A program made the translations under genes and the position numbers. Below the pieces are notes generated by a model. That model was not told the origin of the DNA, made no database searches, and saw only the letters and a list, made by a program, of their open reading frames with translations. This document shows, one piece after another, positions 7,211 to 16,669 of a DNA stretch of 32,000 nt. Each line of letters starts with the position of its first letter. The stretch's first letter is position 1. This stretch comes from Acaryochloris marina MBIC11017 (GTDB taxonomy: Bacteria; Cyanobacteriota; Cyanobacteriia; Thermosynechococcales; Thermosynechococcaceae), in the NCBI RefSeq assembly GCF_000018105.1, contig NC_009925.1, forward strand, positions 270,001 through 302,000, written 5' to 3'.

Positions 7211-9577
7211 ATGAACGATAACGAAATGACACCTAATTTTTTAGAGCCGACCGCCAATCCGCTCTATGGTTCTCGAATATTCGATATAGATCAAGAAGAG
7301 GGTAGCGTTCCAGGCAATACGACCTCTTTATTTCAATATCGTTCGATTGATGGAACAGGCAATAACCCTTATTTCAACGATGCGGGTTCAACGGGAACTC
7401 AGCTTTTAAGGCTTTTAACCCCAGCTTATGCTGACGGCATCAGTACTCCTCGTGGAAGGGCGATCACTTTCAATTCGCCACGAGGCCCTTACAGTATTCC
7501 TGATCCAGCTGGATTGCCTAATCCCAGAACGATCAGTAATACTGTGGCTAGCCAAACTGAGTCGGTACCCAATTTTCTGGGAGCGAGCGATTGGTTGTGG
7601 CAGTGGGGACAATTTATTGATCACGACTTGGATTTGAATGAAGGTGGACATGAAGCCTTTTTTATCCCAGTTTCTCCATCTGATCCTCTCTATAATCAGC
7701 AATTTCCCTTCCTGCCGTTTACCCGTGTGCCAGCTGCCTACGGGACGGGGACTAGCACTGATAACCCCCGCGAACAAAGTAATGAGATTACCTCATTTAT
7801 TGACGGTTCTGGCGTGTATGGTTCGGATACGGAACGCGCAAACTTTCTCCGATCCTATGCAAACGGTAAGCTGAAAACCACTGTTGCTGAGAATGGCGAA
7901 CAACTCTTACCGTATAATCGCGCAATTGACCCATTTGGTAATGCTGACGGTGGAGAAGATATCGCAGCTGCGGATCTTTACTTAGCAGGGGATGTTCGTG
8001 CCAATGAACAAATCGGGCTGACTGCCAATCATGTTTTGTTTGTACGTGAACATAACCGTCTAGCTGCCGACATTTTAAATCGGCTAGAGGCAGGTGAATC
8101 AGAACTTGTCGCTCAATATCAATCCTTCAAAGGTGAGTATCTCAACAAGAATGGAGCCACCGATGAAGATACGGTGAAGGATGAATACCTTTACCAAGCT
8201 GCCCGTAAGGTCATTGGGGCTCAGATTCAAATCATTACCTATAAAGAGTTTCTGCCGATTCTGATTGGAGATACCCTGTTAGATGACTATGAGGGGTACA
8301 AGCCCTATATCAATCCAGCTGTTAGCAATGAATTTGCAAATGCGGCTTATCGTTTGGGCCATACTCTCCTCAATAATCAAATCCACCGTTTTGATGACAA
8401 TGGTTTAGAGTCGATTGCCCTAAAAGACGCCTTCTTTAAACCAGAAGAAGTGTCTGCCAATGGGGTTGATTCCCTTTTGCGAGGGCTGGTATTACAAGAA
8501 GCTCAGGAACTAGATAACTTTATTGTGGACGGCGTCCGAAACTTCCTTTTTGGCGCGGGTACTGGAGGATTGGACCTTGCCTCTGTCAATATTCAACGAG
8601 GCCGGGAAGTAGGTCTCCCTAGTTATGTTGATGCTCATAAGCAACTTTTTGGCGTCGAAATTACCTCTTTTAAGGAGTTGCCGTTTGCCCCTGCTGTGAT
8701 TGAGTTATTTGAGACAGCTTACGATCATGTGGGTCAGATCGATTTATGGCTTGGTGGTATTTCGGAGTTATCGGCGAATCATGGTGGCCTGCTGGGACCG
8801 ACCTTTAGCTTTTTCATCAAAGACCAATTTGCTCGGGCAGCCGCTGGCGATCGCTTTTTCTTCTTGAATGATCTGGATGAATTAAAGGTGCTCGATGATG
8901 ACATAACTCAAACCAACCTAGCGGATATCATCCGTCTAAACACGACTCAGGATTATCTGGTTCAAGACAATGTGTTCCAGGTCCCCTATGAGAGCAAAAT
9001 ATTGGGAGATGATGGCCAAAATTCATTACGGGGAACTCGGCAGAACGATCTGATTGATGGATTAGAGGGCAATGACTTTATCCGTGGGAATTTTGGAGCT
9101 GATATCCTGATCGGTAATCTTGGTGATGACTACTTAGTCGGTGGTGCAGGAGACGATACCGTTATTGGCGGTGATGGGAATGACGTGTTGACTGGATCTG
9201 CTGACAACGATGTCTTAGTTGCAGGCAATGGCAACGATATGGTCAGAGGGGGTAACGGCAATGATATTATCAATGGTGTTGGCGATCAGTTTGGTCAACG
9301 AGACTTTGACCTCTTAAAAGGCGGTAGAGGTGAAGATGTTTTTATCCTAGGAGATGAGCGTTCTGTCTTTTATAAAGGTCAGGGGCTTGCTATTATTCAA
9401 CGGTTTGAACTCAATCGAGATACGATTGAGCTTGCAGGTAGTGCTGCAGACTATACGTTGATGACCTTCGGCAGTCGAACGAGTCTTAGTCTAGCTGGGA
9501 GTAACGATTTGATTGCGATTCTGGAAGGAAGAGTTGAAAATTTCAACACTGGCTTTAAATTCATTCAGAATCAGTAA
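7211..9577 (+). CDS. Animal-type haem peroxidase family protein with C-terminal RTX (haemolysin-type Ca-binding) repeats
   Basis: Distal-His motif WGQFIDHDL. Proximal region GDVRANEQIGLTANHVLFVREHNRLA. The C-terminus has more than 8 nonapeptide GGxGxD-type repeats (GNLGDDYLVGGAGDDTVIGGDGNDVLTGSADNDVLVAGNGNDMVRGGNGNDII). Confidence 0.9.
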   Translation: MNDNEMTPNFLEPTANPLYGSRIFDIDQEEGSVPGNTTSLFQYRSIDGTGNNPYFNDAGSTGTQLLRLLTPAYADGISTPRGRAITFNSPRGPYSIPDPAGLPNPRTISNTVASQTESVPNFLGASDWLWQWGQFIDHDLDLNEGGHEAFFIPVSPSDPLYNQQFPFLPFTRVPAAYGTGTSTDNPREQSNEITSFIDGSGVYGSDTERANFLRSYANGKLKTTVAENGEQLLPYNRAIDPFGNADGGEDIAAADLYLAGDVRANEQIGLTANHVLFVREHNRLAADILNRLEAGESELVAQYQSFKGEYLNKNGATDEDTVKDEYLYQAARKVIGAQIQIITYKEFLPILIGDTLLDDYEGYKPYINPAVSNEFANAAYRLGHTLLNNQIHRFDDNGLESIALKDAFFKPEEVSANGVDSLLRGLVLQEAQELDNFIVDGVRNFLFGAGTGGLDLASVNIQRGREVGLPSYVDAHKQLFGVEITSFKELPFAPAVIELFETAYDHVGQIDLWLGGISELSANHGGLLGPTFSFFIKDQFARAAAGDRFFFLNDLDELKVLDDDITQTNLADIIRLNTTQDYLVQDNVFQVPYESKILGDDGQNSLRGTRQNDLIDGLEGNDFIRGNFGADILIGNLGDDYLVGGAGDDTVIGGDGNDVLTGSADNDVLVAGNGNDMVRGGNGNDIINGVGDQFGQRDFDLLKGGRGEDVFILGDERSVFYKGQGLAIIQRFELNRDTIELAGSAADYTLMTFGSRTSLSLAGSNDLIAILEGRVENFNTGFKFIQNQ

Positions 9578-9615
9578 ATCGCTTTTCTATCTCACTAGCG
9601 TTCAATAGCCTCTAC

Positions 9616-9644
9616 GACCTCTAGGGAGTCCAACTCTAGAGGTC
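9616..9644 (+). terminator. Hairpin downstream of the peroxidase gene
   Basis: GACCTCTAG (9616-9624) pairs with CTAGAGGTC (9636-9644) around an 11-nt loop. It is followed by TCTCGTTT. Confidence 0.45.
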
Positions 9645-9699
9645 TCTCGTTTGGGGAATAGATTGAACGGGATGATGATTGCCGGGGTAGGGAGGACAG

Positions 9700-10194
9700 A
9701 TGATCACCATTGGCAATGAGCGGTCAGGAGCGGCCTTTTCCCCTTGCCGGACCTGGCGATATCAATTGTGGCGTCGGTGGAATGGAACCCCTCTGATTAT
9801 CATCATTGGTCTCAATCCCAGTACGGCTGATGAATCTTATAACGATCCAACGATTACTCGCTGTATGGGCTTTGCTCAGCGTGAAGGTTATGGTGGCTTA
9901 TTAATGCTCAATTTATTTGCTTTTCGAGCGACTGCTCCTGCTGACTTGAAAGAAGCCCAGGATCCGATTGGCCCGGAAAATGATGGGGTGATCTTGTCAA
10001 AGTGCCAGAACCAAGATCGAGTAATTGTCGCCTGGGGCAATCATGGGGGGTTTTGTGGGCGCGATCGCATCATCAGTACCCTATTGAATTCATCTGCAAC
10101 CAAGGTGGAGTGCTTTGGGGTCACTCAATCGGGATGTCCGCGTCATCCCCTCTACCTTAAAAAAGACACTCCTCTAGTGCAGTGGTCTGGTTAA
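9700..10194 (+). CDS. DUF1643 domain protein
   Basis: RYQLWRRW....PLIIIIGLNPSTADESYNDPTITRCMGFAQREGYGGLLMLNLFAFRAT.P..L....DPIGPEND.....C.....VIVAWG......R........CFG.T..GCPRHPLYL matches the DUF1643 pattern as I remember it. Confidence 0.8.
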   Translation: MITIGNERSGAAFSPCRTWRYQLWRRWNGTPLIIIIGLNPSTADESYNDPTITRCMGFAQREGYGGLLMLNLFAFRATAPADLKEAQDPIGPENDGVILSKCQNQDRVIVAWGNHGGFCGRDRIISTLLNSSATKVECFGVTQSGCPRHPLYLKKDTPLVQWSG

Positions 10195-11186
10195 GGGGAT
10201 AGATAAGATCGACAAAAGTAATGCTTTCATCTTGCCCAGGAATCGATCCCAAATGCCTGGGTGGATTTTATTTCACAGTGCGCTGTAAGTACTGCTATAA
10301 AAACATTTCAGGAAGCCTATGAATTGCTATTCACCTTTTCATCGAGACAGAACTGAAACAATAAATCAGGCTCGGCAATCAATGATGTGGCCATGCCATA
10401 GGCAAATTGAATGGGCAATGTAAGAAACACAGACCGTATTGAATTCTAGAAATAGCTCAGTCTGCTCATTTCATCAGAGGCTAGGATATATAGCAGCCAT
10501 ATATTTATTTTTAATTCGATTTAGAGCTAAATTATCTCATTTATACTTATTTTTATACATAAATATCTTTTTTTTATATTTTTAAGCTCAATATCTACCA
10601 ATAAAGATCTTCTTGTTTATTTCTTTAAGAAAAGATAAAATAGGGTTTCATGGCTTTTTTAAAGATGTTTTTATTTATACAGAAGAGATAAAGATGAAAA
10701 AAATACAATCAGAATGTTTTCAATCTTCTTGAAGACAGAGTCGCCTTATCTACTCCTAAACTGGATCAATTTTTGGTAGTTCAATCACGCTTATTTGGGA
10801 AATTCTCATCCTGTTTTATTGGTTTTTATCTTGAAGATTACTATTTTCATCTTTTCGTTTATAAGCATTGAATAGGTAAAGAAATTACCTGAGAACAACC
10901 TTCTATAGGATTGTCTGACATCTGAAAGGCCTTTGTACGGTTAGAGGCCTTCCCATTAACTTCCATCTATTGGAGATGTAATGAGTGGCAATGGATCAAC
11001 GCTTTTATGTGCGCTCGATCACTGCACCCAAGGGTATCAGGGCCGATTATAAGGTCATCGGGAAGAGAATCAAATCTGTTTGGTACGGCTTATTGGTTCT
11101 TGTCTCCCTCCTAAATTAGATGGCAGACAATCTGCAACCACATCTTCTTTTATTCATACAAGTCCAGCCTGCCCTGAGCTAACTGC

Positions 11187-12101
11187 GTGACCGCCATGAA
11201 AACGACTCTGCCAAAGCCAACCAAAGTAAGCCCAAACTTCATTGCAGACAAAGTCCTCATGTCTCTGCCTCAACCTAAGGTCTTATTAAAACCAACCAGC
11301 GCGGCCCAAATGAACAAGTCATTGCCAGAGCAGCAAGTTCTGAACTCTTCTATCACTGCTCTTCGATTGAACAAATCAATGCGCACCATTATGCAGTGGG
11401 CACATGGCGGAGAAAGCAAATCAGTCTGTGTTGCCAATGTCCATATGTTGATGGAAGCCTATTGGCATGATAAGTTTTCTCAGGTTCTGCAAAACGCTGA
11501 CATGGTCACCCCTGATGGCATGCCTTTAGTTTGGATGATGAAATTGCTCGGGCGTAAAGGGCAAGACCGCGTAGCAGGTATGGACATCCTGCAAAGCCTT
11601 TGCCAAAAAGCTTCAGAGGAGAAGGTTAGAGTATTTTTCCTAGGGTCTCAGAAATCTATTTTGGACCGGATGCGTGCTCGTTTAGAAAAGGAATATCCCA
11701 ATCTCGAAATTGCGGCGATGAAGCCTTTACCCTTCCGTCCGCTGACCGCGGCTGAGGATCAAGAGCTGATTGAAGAAATCCATGAATCCGGTGCTGGAAT
11801 CGTCTTTTTGTCTCTAGGTTGTCCCAAGCAAGAGAAATGGATGGCCGAACATCAAGGTCGCGTCCAAGCGGTGATGATTGGACTCGGCGGTGCCTTTCCA
11901 GTCTATGCAGGCTTGAAAAAGTGGGCTCCTCGCTGGGTCAGACAAGCCGGGCTTGAGTGGCTATATCGCTTAGTTCAAGAGCCTAAGCGCCTTATTGGTC
12001 GCTATACCCAAACGATTCCACCTTTTATCTTTCTCGCCTCTGTGCAGTTAGTGGCCCATCACTTGGCACCGAAAAGATTGCTTAACGCTTTCAATCTCTA
12101 A
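11187..12101 (+). CDS. WecB/TagA/CpsF family glycosyltransferase
   Basis: VANVHMLMEA.....VLQNADMVTPDGMPLVWMMKLLG, RVAGMDIL, RVFFLGS, IVFLSLGCPKQEKWMAEH, MIGLGGAFPVYAG..K.AP.W....GLEWLYRLVQEPKRL..RY. The start is uncertain: GTG at 11187 or ATG at 11197. Confidence 0.85.
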   Translation: MTAMKTTLPKPTKVSPNFIADKVLMSLPQPKVLLKPTSAAQMNKSLPEQQVLNSSITALRLNKSMRTIMQWAHGGESKSVCVANVHMLMEAYWHDKFSQVLQNADMVTPDGMPLVWMMKLLGRKGQDRVAGMDILQSLCQKASEEKVRVFFLGSQKSILDRMRARLEKEYPNLEIAAMKPLPFRPLTAAEDQELIEEIHESGAGIVFLSLGCPKQEKWMAEHQGRVQAVMIGLGGAFPVYAGLKKWAPRWVRQAGLEWLYRLVQEPKRLIGRYTQTIPPFIFLASVQLVAHHLAPKRLLNAFNL

Positions 12102-12132
12102 ACACTGTCTCACATCAGTATTAGAGGCTTAT

Positions 12133-12176
12133 CTCAACCGAAAAGCGCATCTTCAAGGGTGCGCTTTTCGGTTGAG
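12133..12176. terminator. Bidirectional intrinsic terminator between convergent genes
   Basis: Perfect 17-bp stem: CTCAACCGAAAAGCGCA (12133-12149) pairs with TGCGCTTTTCGGTTGAG (12160-12176) around a 10-nt loop. Confidence 0.7.
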
Positions 12177-12185
12177 GCTGCATTC

Positions 12186-14675
12186 TTATAGGAGTTTGAG
12201 TGGATCAACATCCACTTGGAGACGAATATTCTGTGGACATCGTCGTTGGCATCCCTGCATAGGGAAGGGCCAAAGTTCGGTTTGCCCCATTTCCGTTTGG
12301 GGCCGTTTGATTAATACATGCCAATAATAACGACGAGCTACCCTCAAAATATTGGCAGGTGCAGGACCTAGTATGGTGCCCTGATAGCAGTGAGTATGGA
12401 TATAAGCGTGCAAATAATTGGCAATCTCTAGAGCAGTCTTCTCCACCATCATTTCATTTAGACCACTAATCCGTAAGAGAATGAGCTGATGAAACGGCGG
12501 ATAATTAGCTTCCTGACGCTGTTTGAGTTCAGCGAACAGAAAGCTATCCATTTCATATTTTTGAACAGCTTGGATAACAGGATGTTCTGGAGCATAGGTT
12601 TGGAGCAGCACTTGCCCCGGATGCTCCCCTCGGCCAGCCCGTCCTGCAACTTGCAACAGGGTCTGAAAGGTGCGTTCACTGGCTCGAAAATCGGGGATGT
12701 TGAGCAAACTATCCGCAGCCAAAACACCAATGAGCTGAACTTGAGGGAGATCAATCCCTTTCGTCAGCATTTGGGTGCCAACCATTAGATCAGCCTCCCC
12801 GCGGGCAAACTGATTGAGGAGCTGACGATGAGCACCTTTGCGGCGGGTGGTGTCACTATCAAAGCGAATCACCCGTAGTTCAGGAAAGGTTTTGGCAAGT
12901 TCCTCCATGACCCGTTGCGTACCGCTACCAAAAAAGCGGAAATAAGAGGATTTGCAGACAGGACATACTTCTGGTTGAGGCTGAGCATAATTGCAGTAAT
13001 GGCACCGCAACAGGGTTTGACGGGAATCGGGGCTATGGTGATAGGTCAGAGAAACGCTGCAGTGGGGACATTCGGAGACATAACCACAGCTCCGACAGGA
13101 GACAAAAGTACTATGCCCCCGACGAGGCATAAATAATAGCCCCTGCTGTCGATTTTGCTGCAGACTATGTAAGCGTTTTTGTAGGAGTCGACTAAAGATG
13201 GAATGGTTCCGATCCGCTAGCTCCAGACGCATATCCACGATTTCGATGGGAGGCATGGGACGAGCATGTACTCGCCGAGGAAGCCGGAGGTAATGAATGC
13301 TGGCCTGAGATGGCTTGGGATTGGCGGGGGGAGTTTGGGACCAACTCTCTAAGCAAGGGGTTGCAGAACCTAGAATTAGGGGACAATCTGCTTGTTGGGC
13401 ACGCCACCGAGCGACGGTGCGGGCATGGTAGCAAGGGGCGGGTTGATCTTGTTTGTAGCCCGTATCATGCTCTTCATCTAAGATGACTAAGCCAATATTG
13501 GCGATAGGAGCGAAAATAGCTGACCGGGTCCCTATCACTACTTGGGGAGTACTAGTCAGAAACTGCCGCCAGGTGTCATAGCGTTCCCCATCGGAGAGGG
13601 CGCTGTGATAGACCCGAATGCGATCGCCAAATCGAGACCGAAATCGATCTGTTAGTTGGGGGGTAAGCCCAATTTCTGGTACTAGGACAATCACCGACTG
13701 TTTTCGCGCTAAGACAGGGGTGATGGCCTGTAAATAGACTTCTGTTTTTCCAGACCCCGTAACGCCATGGAGTAAGACTTCAGCGTAATCCTGGAGCCGG
13801 TGAATCTGGGCGAGAACCCCAGCCTGGTCTGGGGTCAGGGTTCTAGGTTGATCGGGCTGTATGGGGGAAGTTTCTAAGCGGAGTCGCTCCTGTTGGTGCA
13901 GGGTGATACAGCCTTTACTGGCTAATTTCTTGAGGGTGGTGCTGCTTGTGTGGGCCAGCCTCAAGAGATCTTGGGCCCATAATTCCCCGCCCTCATGTTT
14001 GAGAAGGGTCAAAATTTCCTGTTGACGCACGGTGAGGTCCGGCGCACTAGGGTCAGTCAGAGTAACGGCCTGCTGTTGCCTCGGTTTGGTGGGGGCTTGG
14101 GTTTGCAGATAGCTTTCGACAAGGCCTTGCTGCTGAAGTTCCCTTAAGCCCACCTGGGCTTTTTTGATCTGGCGACGCAGATATTGCCAGGTGTAGTCTT
14201 GACTGGGACTTTGCTGCAATAACGCTAGAATACCTTGGGCCGCAGCTCCTAAACCGTTGATGTCATGGGGATGAAGGGTCGTGTTTAAGCGGATACGGCG
14301 TTGCGATCGCTGCAACAAACCCGGCGGCAATGCCACTCGAATCACCGCCATCAAAGAGGTGTGATAATAGGCCGCTACTTTTTCTAAGAGTTGCCAATAG
14401 CCAGGGGGAAATAACGTGCGGCAAGCCACATCCACCACCTTCAGAATGCGAGTGGTAGCTAACTCCGGGGGCAAATCGGCCAGAAACCGAATGGCAATGG
14501 CTCCAACTTGCTGAGCACCAAAGGGCACGCTGAGAATATCTCCAGGTTGAATACTCAGATCGGAGGGGACGCGATAGGTAAAGAGCTTGTCAGTGCCAGG
14601 ACAGTCAACCAGGACTTCCACAAAAGGGGCAGCTGTAGTGCGGTCTAGAGAAGGAGAGGCTTTGGGTGTCGACAT
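12186..14675 (-). CDS. priA: Primosomal protein N' (replication-restart helicase PriA)
   Basis: Walker A LLHGVTGSGKTEVYL, DEEHD box, Cys-rich zinc-binding insert (CRSCGY..CPHC...CHYC....CPVC), GTQMLTKGIDLP, and PDFRASERTFQTLLQVAGRAGRG. Confidence 0.93.
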   Translation of the reverse strand: MSTPKASPSLDRTTAAPFVEVLVDCPGTDKLFTYRVPSDLSIQPGDILSVPFGAQQVGAIAIRFLADLPPELATTRILKVVDVACRTLFPPGYWQLLEKVAAYYHTSLMAVIRVALPPGLLQRSQRRIRLNTTLHPHDINGLGAAAQGILALLQQSPSQDYTWQYLRRQIKKAQVGLRELQQQGLVESYLQTQAPTKPRQQQAVTLTDPSAPDLTVRQQEILTLLKHEGGELWAQDLLRLAHTSSTTLKKLASKGCITLHQQERLRLETSPIQPDQPRTLTPDQAGVLAQIHRLQDYAEVLLHGVTGSGKTEVYLQAITPVLARKQSVIVLVPEIGLTPQLTDRFRSRFGDRIRVYHSALSDGERYDTWRQFLTSTPQVVIGTRSAIFAPIANIGLVILDEEHDTGYKQDQPAPCYHARTVARWRAQQADCPLILGSATPCLESWSQTPPANPKPSQASIHYLRLPRRVHARPMPPIEIVDMRLELADRNHSIFSRLLQKRLHSLQQNRQQGLLFMPRRGHSTFVSCRSCGYVSECPHCSVSLTYHHSPDSRQTLLRCHYCNYAQPQPEVCPVCKSSYFRFFGSGTQRVMEELAKTFPELRVIRFDSDTTRRKGAHRQLLNQFARGEADLMVGTQMLTKGIDLPQVQLIGVLAADSLLNIPDFRASERTFQTLLQVAGRAGRGEHPGQVLLQTYAPEHPVIQAVQKYEMDSFLFAELKQRQEANYPPFHQLILLRISGLNEMMVEKTALEIANYLHAYIHTHCYQGTILGPAPANILRVARRYYWHVLIKRPQTEMGQTELWPFPMQGCQRRCPQNIRLQVDVDPLKLL

Positions 14676-14693
14676 ATAGGCGCACCCTGGAGT

Positions 14694-15965
14694 TTATTGT
14701 TTGTAAGCCAGGGTCCAATAAAATGTAGCACCTTGATTTACCACTGCATCAAACCAAATTTGCCCACCATGGCAGTGGATGATGCGTTGCACCGTTGAGA
14801 GGCCAATCCCACTACCCGAAAAGTCTTCAGAATTGGTAAGTCGTTGGAAGGGCAAAAAGATCCGTTCCGCATGGCTCATATCAAATCCGGCCCCATTGTC
14901 CTTAACAAAATAGATAGGCTGATTGGGAGCAATGGTTTCAGCCGCGTTCAAGGGCTGTCGGCTGACATGGGTTAAGGTGGTTTTGCCAAATTCAATTTGG
15001 GCATGTTCCAGTGCCCCAGTATACTTCCAGGCGTTCCCCAATAAGTTTTCTAGGGCCACCCAGAGCAGATGGGTATCCCCCTCTACATTCACTTGGGGTT
15101 CGATAACAAATTTGACGTTCCGCTTGGGCTCTTGCTGCAAGAGCTGTCTGGCAATGGTTTGTACTGTAGAGCTTAAATTCACCACCTGGGCCTGGATCGG
15201 GTTGCGACCAATATTCGATAGCTGCAAGAGCCCTTCCAGTAAGGTGGCCATGTGCCGGGTGTAGTCTTGGATTGTGCCCAGATATTTTTGTAATCGGGGA
15301 TCTTCATCCCCCATATAGGCCGTCAGTAAGGCACAGCCTGTTTTAATCCCAGTTAAAGGATTGCGCAGATCATGGGAGACGGTGTAGTTAAAGGCTTCCA
15401 GTTCAGTATTGGCTGCTTCTAACTCCAAGGACCGTTTACGGAGTTCTTTATTGAGGCGCTCCAATTCAATGGTTTTTTGCTTGAGGGCCAGCTCATTTTG
15501 TTGACGCTCAATGGAATATCGAATGGCATGGATTAAGGAGCCTGGTGTCACTTGGCCTTTCACTAAGAAATCTTGGGCCCCTTGTTGAACGGCCTGCATG
15601 GCCACCGTCTCGTCATCTAAGCCTGTGAACACCACAATCGGGAGAACGGGACTTTGAGCAACCACCTTCTCTAAGGTGGTTAACCCATGACTATCTGGTA
15701 ACGACAAATCCAGCAAAACGACATTAAAGTCTTTTTTGGCCAGGGTTTGCAAAGCATCCTCAAGTTTATCGACGTGGGTGATTTCGTATTGAACGGCGTC
15801 TTCGCTCCGCTTGACTCCCAGCATGCCCTGAATCAAGAAGGCATCCCCAGGATTATCCTCAACCAGCAACACGCGGATAATCTCACCTTCCTGCGGTAAG
15901 GCGGTGGAGGAACGTTCTCCCTCTTGTTCGGGTTTTGTTTGCTTTGATTTGAGTGACTTGGCCAT
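14694..15965 (-). CDS. Hybrid response-regulator receiver / histidine kinase (REC-coiled coil-HisKA-HATPase)
   Basis: REC domain IRVLLVEDNPGDAFLI...VVLLDLSLPD. H-box FNYTVSHDLRNPL. ATPase N and G boxes NLLGNAWKY, DNGAGF and GSGIGLSTV. Confidence 0.88.
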   Translation of the reverse strand: MAKSLKSKQTKPEQEGERSSTALPQEGEIIRVLLVEDNPGDAFLIQGMLGVKRSEDAVQYEITHVDKLEDALQTLAKKDFNVVLLDLSLPDSHGLTTLEKVVAQSPVLPIVVFTGLDDETVAMQAVQQGAQDFLVKGQVTPGSLIHAIRYSIERQQNELALKQKTIELERLNKELRKRSLELEAANTELEAFNYTVSHDLRNPLTGIKTGCALLTAYMGDEDPRLQKYLGTIQDYTRHMATLLEGLLQLSNIGRNPIQAQVVNLSSTVQTIARQLLQQEPKRNVKFVIEPQVNVEGDTHLLWVALENLLGNAWKYTGALEHAQIEFGKTTLTHVSRQPLNAAETIAPNQPIYFVKDNGAGFDMSHAERIFLPFQRLTNSEDFSGSGIGLSTVQRIIHCHGGQIWFDAVVNQGATFYWTLAYKQ

Positions 15966-16015
15966 TATTTCCTAAGAGGGGGTAGACATTCCTTTATGCA
16001 GTTTGAATAGGTTCA

Positions 16016-16444
16016 TTAATTACGCCCTTGCCATTGCAACCAAAAATCTTGAATATCCTGTGCTTTTCCAGCAAATTCGTGAAAACTACTGGGCTTAGTG
16101 ACATAATAATCTGCTTTGAGCCGATAGCTTTCTTCAATATCTTCAGGGGCATTGGAAGTAGAAAGCACAATAACAGGGATATGTTTTAGTTTCTGGTCAG
16201 TTTTTATGTCTGCCAAGACCTCTTTCCCGTTCATAATCGGTAGGTTTAAATCGAGCAAAATCAATTGAGGGAAGGGAGCCTGCTCATAGGAACGTAGATT
16301 CCGCAGAAAGTCTGTAGCAGACTTACCGTTGTCAACGCGGTGCAGCGTATAGCTGAGGGAACTTTCCTCCAACATCCGTGTGATTAAAAACACATCGCCG
16401 GGGTTATCTTCAACAAGGAGAATGTCAATGGGATCCGTTTCCAT
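16016..16444 (-). CDS. Single-domain response regulator (Rcp1/CheY-like)
   Basis: I place the start at ATG 16444 (METDPIDILLVEDNPGDVFLI...) rather than the track's 16537. ILLDLNLPIMNGKEVL and IPVIVLSTS are receiver motifs. Confidence 0.85.
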   Translation of the reverse strand: METDPIDILLVEDNPGDVFLITRMLEESSLSYTLHRVDNGKSATDFLRNLRSYEQAPFPQLILLDLNLPIMNGKEVLADIKTDQKLKHIPVIVLSTSNAPEDIEESYRLKADYYVTKPSSFHEFAGKAQDIQDFWLQWQGRN

Positions 16445-16669
16445 CGAAACAACGGTTCTAGAATTGATAGACGATTGCCTTTTTGGTTGTATATAGGTTG
16501 CACAATTCCCACCGAAATTTGCACAGTTGGTAAACAAAATCCTACTTTTGTCAGTCGCTTTCTCTGTAAAAAAGAATTTTCTGCCTCAACAGTAACAACC
16601 GTTAGACAGGGCATTAATCTTCACACAAGCGCAAGGCCAATATTCGTCTACCTTCTAGAATACTGCGCT

